Shown piece by piece: positions 8,426 through 16,008 of a stretch of DNA of 16,008 nt. A program made the translations under genes and the position numbers. The notes below the pieces were generated by a model. It was not told the DNA's origin. It made no database searches and worked only from the letters and a program-made list of their open reading frames with translations. Origin of the DNA: Octopus sinensis (taxonomy: Eukaryota); the NCBI RefSeq assembly GCF_006345805.1, contig NW_021825276.1, positions 1-16,008 on the forward strand, read 5' to 3'. Every line of letters starts with the position of its first letter. Positions within the stretch are counted from its first letter, which is position 1.

Positions 8426-9020
8426 AGAACTAATGTTTGTCGGGAGTGTTGCTTTTCAGTGAGTAATGATTTATGGTGGGAAACGATTTAGTATGAGTTA
8501 TGATATATTAGGATCAATTCTCTGTTGGGAGTAATGATTTACTGTGATTAATGATTATCGTGAATAATGGTGCATTGCTTTACTGTTTATCGGGGTTAAT
8601 GATTTAAGAGTAATGATTTATTAGAAATAATGGTCTATTGATAGTAATGATTAACTAGGAGTTACGGTTTATTGGGAATATTGCTTTATTATGAATAATG
8701 CTTTGTTGAATGTAATAATTTTTTTGACAAAAATGTTTTATTGTAATTAATAGTCTATTAGAGAGTAACGATTTATTCGGAGTGATGATTTAATGGGTGT
8801 AAATTTTTTATTAGAAATAATAGGTTATTATGATTAATGATTTATAAAGTGTAAATAAATATATATGTTAGAAGTTACGATTAATTAGAAGTAACGAATT
8901 CCAGTGAATTCTTTATTATGATTAATCATTTGTCTTGATAATGATTTGTGACAAGTAGTGATTTATGAAAACTTTAATTTATTTGCAATAATCGTTTAGT
9001 TGCGATTAATGAAATTAATA
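8426..9020. repeat. Degenerate 17-bp minisatellite, consensus ~GAGTAATGATTTATTGG, about 35 units
   Basis: In-register units: GAGTAATGATTTATGGT (8461), GGGAAACGATTTAGTAT (8478), GAGTTATGATATATTAG (8495), GATCAATTCTCTGTTGG (8512), GAGTAATGATTTACTGT (8529). Boundaries are approximate. Confidence 0.8.
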
Positions 9021-9672
9021 CTCCTTTTTGAAGTGGATTGATTGGTTTAAGTTAGTTGCTATTAAAATTCGAAACTGGATAAATCTGTCGGCGGCCTTGT
9101 AAGGAGTTTTTCTTTCCTTACAGGACACAGACAATTAATGGGGGTACCGAACACTGAGTCATATTAGCTGTAAAAATAAAATAGAAATTAAGATTTTGTC
9201 TATTACCATTGCTTGATATCGCTCCGTGTTCCTTTGGTTAAGTTCCTCTCCCCAAACTGCGATATATTAAACTAAAACGTAATCAGTTTTTCTTAATTTT
9301 TCATAATTAGTTTTCTGTCTGTCTCGTCCTGTGATTCATAATTTACACAGTCAGGACCTGTAATACTTTTAACTCCATCTAAACTAAGCAACTTCCAGAT
9401 GTAACTCACTAGGGTGTCTCTAATATATAATGGAAATGTGTGGACTAAAGCGTTTTTGACTCAATAATTGAAACCCAGGATTTTGATATTTTAACATTTA
9501 AGCAACAAAAGTGATAGAAAAAAAAAACAATAACGAAAAGACAAATTCTGTGACCTTAAACCGAAAATAGAAAATCTTAGATTCTACTACTGAAAAAGAA
9601 AGAAAATAAAATTTAAGTCTATTTTTACTCATTTATAAGTGTCTTCGTATGAAGCCAAGATGGTGTTGCTTT

Positions 9673-9878
9673 CTGTAACCTACCCACAAGAAGCACCAAG
9701 AGAAGGCGTTCTATGGCACCAATGTGCTGCAACCCACCCGAAGAACGAGAATGAAAAGCCGAGATATTCTACCAAATAACTGTAACTCACCCCAAGAGCC
9801 AGAAGAAGAAATATTTTACCAAACATTGCAGACCACCCCAAGAACCACCCGGAGAAGCAAAAATATATTACCAAACAA
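9673..9878 (+). repeat. Degenerate tandem repeat, 4 units of 54/53/46/53 nt
   Basis: Units start at 9673, 9727, 9780 and 9826 with YTGYA(A)CYCACCC(C)AAGA. The last three end with ATATT(Y)TACCAAA-like sequence. Confidence 0.7.
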
Positions 9879-10391
9879 CAGTTCCATTGAAGTGCAGTGA
9901 GCTAGAAGAAAAGTCCTTTTATTTTCAAAAGCGAAACTTTTACAAAATTGAAATAATAATTAAAAGAAAACAACACCAGAAACAATCCACCCCAGTCTTC
10001 TTCTCCACCCCGATAACCGAATGCCTTTCTTAAGAAGAATCACGTCATCTTTAAAGTGGACGGGTGGTGGCAAGTGAAACAGTCTGTTGCTCTGAAAATG
10101 TCAAGGCTACAATATCTGGTGTGATAAACTGTTAATTACTAAATCACTTTATCTCAGCAGCTACGCGGCAAACTGGCGACTGAAACTCATCATACGCTAA
10201 GCTCAACGAAACTGTCAGTGCTGGGCCATCTTCATCCTAGCTTAGTCACAAGAAAACATACCCACCCAACCCAGTAACCAACAGTTTTGCTTTATTTTTT
10301 GGTTTTACTTGCCGGGTCCGTAAAAAAGGCACTGACCACGGCCTTCATGGGTTTTCCTTGGCCAGTGTGATGTTAACAATGTTCCCTTTAA

Positions 10392-10536
10392 GGCAAGCGA
10401 GCAGGCAAAATCGTTAACACGACAGGCGAAATGCGTGGCCGTATTTCATCTGCTGTTACGTTCTGAGTTCAAATTCCGCTGAGGTCGACTTTGCCTTTCA
10501 TCCTTATGAATTATGATTGATGTCCGTAAATTAAGT
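10392..10536 (+). mobile_element. SINE family 1, copy E (diverged, lacks hairpin and tail)
   Basis: Head GGCAAGCGAGCAGGCAAAATCGTTAACACG and TTACGTTCTGAGTTCAAATTCCGCTGAGGTCGACTTTGCCTTTCATCCTT, then a short unrelated stretch and GTCCGTAAATTAAGT (13/15 to the core GTCGATAAATTAAGT). Confidence 0.85.
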
Positions 10537-10864
10537 TCTTATCTGAGTGTCACACACCGATTGGTGTGGATGATAACATTGCGGTGAAATCCCAAAGAAT
10601 ATAAATCTATGTTTTTTATTTACGGGCAAACTAACAGATCATAAGATTTGGTTTTTCATTCAACTTGGTCTTTCCGCAAATTCTAGACTAACTGAAAAGT
10701 GTGTTGTGTACGAAGAGATTGGCTCTTGCGGTACAAGTATCTGTCGAAGAATTTGGAGAAAGAGATGGAAAGAGAGAGAGGGGGGGAGAGTTTGAAAAAA
10801 TAGAAGCGAAACAGCTTGCTTAATGGCTTACAGTTTGGTAATCGTCGAATGACAATTTATTATT

Positions 10865-10944
10865 ACGTGACTGCTCGTAAATCCGGGTAGTAAAGAAGTA
10901 TTAACCACGTGACTATCTTTTTAAAAGATATGCAACTTATAAAA
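10865..10944 (+). promoter_or_regulatory. Possible Pol II promoter/enhancer: two ACGTGACT motifs and a TATA box
   Basis: ACGTGACT at 10865-10872 and 10907-10914 (the second contains the E-box CACGTG); TATAAAA at 10938-10944. Motif reading only; no transcript evidence. Confidence 0.2.
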
Positions 10945-12069
10945 GCGTGGATGTGTGTTGCAACATGTCACCAAAACGCTGTGTACGGAATGTTTCGAAG
11001 TATTTGTTACGCGTAATAACTACAAAAGTTGCTCTGGTTGAGATTCAACGCGTTTGCATCTGACCGAAATATTGTGCATGTCTCTTGTCTAACTTATAAA
11101 TAGCTGCAGAGGTTATTACTTTAAAGTTGTTGCATCCGATAAAGTGCGATCTCGCCAACGGTTAAGTAATTTTCCAGCGACTCAGTCCATCGTGCCGACA
11201 CATAGACCTCGTTTATGGGTGGATATTAAGAACAAATTTACCGTTTCTTCTGTTATCGAAGAAATAGCTTATGCATTGAATATTGTTATTTTGGGTTAGT
11301 TCAATTCTGGTGAATTCTCACGAACGTCACAGCAGCAACATCAAGGAATTTGCCATTTCCATGAGGACCTTAGCACTGCAGACAAGCTATTTTCAAAGAA
11401 ATGTAGATGTTTGTTGCCACAGTGAGTATGACTGGAATTATAACCGCTTCTTAAACGGAGTTGACAATTACGGCATTCATAAAGTTGGGGAAGGTATTCA
11501 TTGTAAGTTTAGTGGGAAGTCTCCCACACCAAATATGTGTATGCTTGAGCAGGTCATGTACGCATGTATGGATGTATGGACAAAGACAATATATTCACTC
11601 TCTGCGTATGTATACGTATATTTCGAGGAGCATATTTATGTGAATACTTTGTAGGGTATGTCTCTATATAAGGATGTATGCGTATTTCCCTATATGTACG
11701 CAATATACCTAGGAATACATATGAGAATGTGCCAACATGTCTATGCGAATATATTAAGTTGCGTTTTGTCAGTGATGTATTTACTATTGCATAGAACCAC
11801 GTCTAAAAAAAAGCACATTAATTTTTATTTTTACCTATTTACGTTTTTTTCTCTACATGGATATGTTACTATGCATTATTATGCGTGCGCGCGCACTCCC
11901 CTACCCAACGAAATACACAAGCCATGCCGCTTGCTTCTCTCTCCTTCTATATATAAAGGTCTTTTTTTCTTTTCGCTTGCTTCAATAATTAGATTGCGGC
12001 CAAAGGCACAAACCTATACAATTACCAACATGGAGTACAAATATATAGGGAAACAAATTTATAAAGACA

Positions 12070-12250
12070 CTCACACACACAGACACACACACACACACAC
12101 GCACGCACGCACGCACGCGCACATACATAGACACACGCACACATACATATAGAGATAAGTAGATTAATACATATATAGTATATATATATATACTTGTATA
12201 TATATATATACTTGTATGTATGTGCATGCGAGTATATATATATATATATA

Positions 12251-12282
<32 letters not shown>

Positions 12283-12376
12283 CTGTATACACGCACACAC
12301 AAACATATATATACTTGTATCTATATGTGTGTGTGTGTATATATATTTATATATATGTATATATATATATTTATAT

Positions 12377-12450
<74 letters not shown>

Positions 12451-12550
12451 CATATATATATACATATATATAAATATAAATATAAATATATATATTATTG
12501 TATGTATGTATGTATGTATTAGGTATGTATGTATGTATGTATGTATGTAT
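12070..12550. repeat. Compound (CA)/(CACG)/(TG)/(TA)/(TATG) microsatellite block
   Basis: Direct reading; includes a direct duplication of TATATATATATACTTGTA (12181-12216). Confidence 0.95.
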
Positions 12551-13324
12551 TCTCATCTATAAACGACTTATGCAAATGTATGTATGTGTACTTGCAGGCA
12601 GGAAGAGAAATAGGGGAAAACGTGAAGGACCAAGGGAGAGAGGGGCTGGGAATTAATAAGGGATCAAGTCTGGAATTAGGGTTTAATATCATTCAACATT
12701 TAATTGCGTTCATAGAACTTTATAAACACAGAATAATTAATTACGCGCACACGCTCCCTCCCCCAACCCACACAGGTATACACACATATGTGGTGTGTGT
12801 GTGTGTGCGTGTGTGCGTGTGTGCGTGTGTATGTAATTTGTCTGATGCATCGGAATCGCTGACAAACGATTAGAGATAATGAAACGAAACGCTGAAAGCA
12901 TTAACTCCAAATATATATTAAATTCATTATAACACACTCTGTGTTAATTAAATTTATTTTAACACCACAAATGTTAGAAAGAGTAAGTAGAATGCTTCAC
13001 AACGTTTGAAACGCCTGAGAAAACGTGGATAAAATAATTGCAGGAATGTAATTAGACTGCACTGCAAATTTCAAGTGATAGACGCATTTATTGGTCATTC
13101 GAGTACTTAAATGCGACGGCATCCGACTATGCACTTAAAGGTTATTAATGCAATTGGATTATGTCATATATAACCTAATAAATATATATTTCTATAGGTT
13201 ACGTATTAAAGTTGACTCTGTAATATGACACCATCTCGTACTATATAACTTGTATGCAGGAAATGCATATCTCACTGTTGAGTGGATATCATTGTAGTAG
13301 ATTTTTGCATATTAGTTAATTTGT

Positions 13325-13628
13325 AATATATATTTATATAGATATAGATACTATATATGTATATATGCATATATATTATATATATATATAGAATATATTA
13401 TATATATACATAATATATATATATACCTATCTATCTATCTATCTATCTATATATATATATATATATATACATATCGATATATATATATAATATATACATC
13501 TATATATATCTATATATATATACATATATATATATATATACCTATCTATCATATATATATTATATATATATATATATATATATTATACATATATATTATA
13601 TATATATATATATATATACATATATATA

Positions 13629-13678
<50 letters not shown>

Positions 13679-13854
13679 GATAGATTGATAGTAGATAGAT
13701 ATATAGATAGATAGATTGATAGATAGGTAGATAGATAGATAGATAGATATGTATATATGCATATATATATATATACACATATATATGCATATACACGCAT
13801 ACATATACACGCATATATATATATATATACATACATACATGCATACGTATATAC

Positions 13855-13893
<39 letters not shown>

Positions 13894-13912
13894 CGTGTGC
13901 ACATGCATACAT
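13325..13912. repeat. Compound (TA)n/(TATC)n/(GATA)n/(TG)n microsatellite block
   Basis: Direct reading. Confidence 0.95.
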
Positions 13913-14162
13913 TTTTAAATGACAAGCGGAAACTTTCTAACAATGCGGAGAAGAAAGTTGAAAATCCTTTAAATATTTAGGGTGCAAAAGACCATCTTCA
14001 GAGGGATTCAGTCAAAGAAATGTGTGTCTACAGGGATTCTCCAAATAGAAGAATCATCTGCATAAAGATTTGTCAACTTTCGTCTCTGCATTTTTAGAAG
14101 CATTCTTCATTTCATTTATTATTCTACTTCTGTGCTACAATGCTTCAAGCGAACTACAACGC

Positions 14163-14322
14163 TTCTCTCTCACTCTCTCTCTCCCCTCTCTCTGTCTCTT
14201 CCCTCTTTCTCTCTCTAGTATATATATATCTATATATATATATATATATATATATGTGTTGTGTGTATATATATATATATATAATATATATATTATAGAG
14301 AGAGAGAGAGAGAGACAGAGAG
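14163..14322. repeat. (CT)n-(TA)n-(GA)n compound microsatellite
   Basis: Direct reading. Confidence 0.9.
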
Positions 14323-14407
14323 ATTAAAAAAGGAAAACAATTACGTCACTGGTAGTTCTAATCAATTTGATTTTTTAATAATATAATTTTATGATTTGGT
14401 TATTCAT

Positions 14408-14553
14408 TTATTTGTTTCAGTCATTTAACTGCGACCATGCTGGAGCATCGGCTTTAATCGAAGAAATCAACCCCAGGACTAAGTCACGGGGACATAAGCA
14501 CACCGACATCGGTTGTCAAGCGACGGGGGAGGGACAAACACAGACACACAAAC
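14408..14553 (-). mobile_element. SINE family 2, 3' portion with internal deletion
   Basis: TTGTTTCAGTCATTTAACTGCGACCATGCTGGAGCA... is homologous to 5478-5633 but lacks about 55 nt between 14480 and 14481. It runs into a CA/TA microsatellite. Confidence 0.75.
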
Positions 14554-14924
14554 ATATATATATACACACACATATGTATGTATGTGTGTATGTGTGTAAG
14601 TACATCCATATATACATCCACATATATCTATATTTATTTCTATCTATATATCTTTACGAGTGTGTATGTCCATTCATAAATATGTACGTCAGTCTGTATG
14701 GAAGTATGCCTGTGTATGTGTGTATATACCCAGTTTCTGGTGGTATATCGTCAGTTAAGATAGCTGTAGATGGCGCAGTGTGTCAGGTCTGTTACCAATA
14801 TCAGAAGAAATGAAAAACAGTTGGAGGTGAAAGTCTGTGAGAGTTGCAGGGAAAGGGTTGGGATACAATTTGTGGAGCACAGCAGAGATTAAGCACGCTT
14901 CTTTCAAAAAATATACACACAAAT

Positions 14925-15042
14925 ATTCATACATACATACATACATACATACATACATACATACATACATACATACATACATACAATGCATGTATATGTG
15001 TATGTATACATACATATGTATATATATATATATACATCGATA

Positions 15043-15075
<33 letters not shown>

Positions 15076-15204
15076 GTATATATATACATATATATACATA
15101 TATATCGATGTATATACATATATGTATATATATAAATATACATACATATATATACATGTATATATGCACATACATATACATACACACACACACACATATA
15201 TATT

Positions 15205-15249
<45 letters not shown>

Positions 15250-15355
15250 GCACATATGCGTATTTATATATATATATTCACGTATATATATATATACATA
15301 TATATATACATACACACACGTACATATGTATGTGTGTGTGCGTGTGTATGTGTAT
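14925..15355. repeat. (TACA)n and TA/TACA/TG compound microsatellite
   Basis: Direct reading. Confidence 0.95.
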
Positions 15356-15498
15356 CTGCGTGTGTTTTGGGTGGGTGGGTGAGAGGATGGATGTTTCTAT
15401 CTTTCATGCATCTGTTGGCGTGGAAACGTGTCTCTCCGATTCCAGTGGGGAACCAAAGATACACGTCTCCCTACGGCAAGATAGAAATAGAGAAATGG

Positions 15499-15529
15499 AC
15501 AACAACAACAACAACAACAACACAAACAA
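15499..15529 (+). repeat. (AAC)n
   Basis: Direct reading. Confidence 0.9.
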
Positions 15530-15987
15530 CGTCGCTAATTTAAAATAGTTTCTTTGGGTGCGACCCGTTATTACGGAACGCAAGGAAAGCCACGTTCGTG
15601 TCTATGTATGCATGTTGGTGTCTGTGTTTTTGAGTCTGCGTGTGGGTGTATGTGTGCGGGTGAACATGCTATGCCCGTGGAGCGTGTGTACACGTGTCAT
15701 ACTCCAACCTACCCTGTCTTTTTATTTCCCTCTCTTCCTCTATCTTTTCTCCCCTTCCTTCTCCCTGTCACTATCCCTCAGCTACAGTGGAACACTCCCG
15801 AGAAATTATTCCCGAAGAACAACTAAATATTGTCTCGAAGTTCAGAATTCTCAAACTCGTTTGGTTCTTTCAGGCCATGCTGGAGCTTTACGGGCCAAAT
15901 TTGAAACTAAATCTCACCGGCCGAATAGGGACAATTATTGCTGAGAAAAAAACCCAAAACAAACAAACAAAAAAAAAACCTGTCGAT

Positions 15988-16008
15988 AATATCCTTTTCT
16001 ACTCTGGG
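15988..16008 (-). mobile_element. End of a type-1 SINE family 1 tail, cut by the window edge
   Basis: AATATCCTTTTCTACTCTGGG against the copy B end AATATACTTTTCTACTCGAGG (2615-2635): 18/21 identical. Confidence 0.55.

Noticed and set aside
9727-9878. Repeat-spacer-like layout resembling a CRISPR array
   Set aside because: Eukaryotic context, diverged repeats, short related 'spacers' and no cas genes.
11092-11654. Open frames of ~68 aa (GYYFKVVASDK...) and 123 aa
   Set aside because: No ATG or splice framework linking them and no recognisable domain; within chance expectation for 16 kb in six frames.
9-15548. Dozens of long ORFs rich in Y/I/H/T/C/V/M in the ORF track
   Set aside because: They are translations of TA/CA/TG/TACA microsatellites, which lack stop codons in most frames.
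15873-15886. GGCCATGCTGGAGC, matching the SINE family 2 end
   Set aside because: Only 14 nt and the flanks do not align; too short to call an element.

Overview
AT-rich eukaryotic DNA that looks intronic or intergenic, with roughly a third of it simple repeats (TA, CA/TG, TACA, TATC, ATT). The repeat families resemble ones I recall from Octopus genomes; that taxon call is from memory, not a search. No protein-coding gene can be confidently called. Most ORFs in the supplied track are translated microsatellites, and a few weak exon candidates are listed as findings. Supported elements are: a complete 396-bp non-autonomous Helitron (923-1318); five long copies and two tail fragments of a tRNA-type SINE with two alternative 3' tails, two of the copies fused as a dimer; two partial copies of a second SINE family; a mariner-derived MITE (4472-4650); and a 5'-truncated R4/Dong-type retrotransposon 3' end in an (ATT)n array that also holds a second repeat fragment. 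Structure these elements do not explain includes a 55-bp near-perfect inverted repeat hidden in a TA microsatellite (3805-4036), a degenerate 17-bp minisatellite (about 8426-9020), and a roughly 53-bp tandem repeat with a cryptic frameshifted 18-aa peptide repeat (9660-9900). I found no evidence for a novel multi-gene system.
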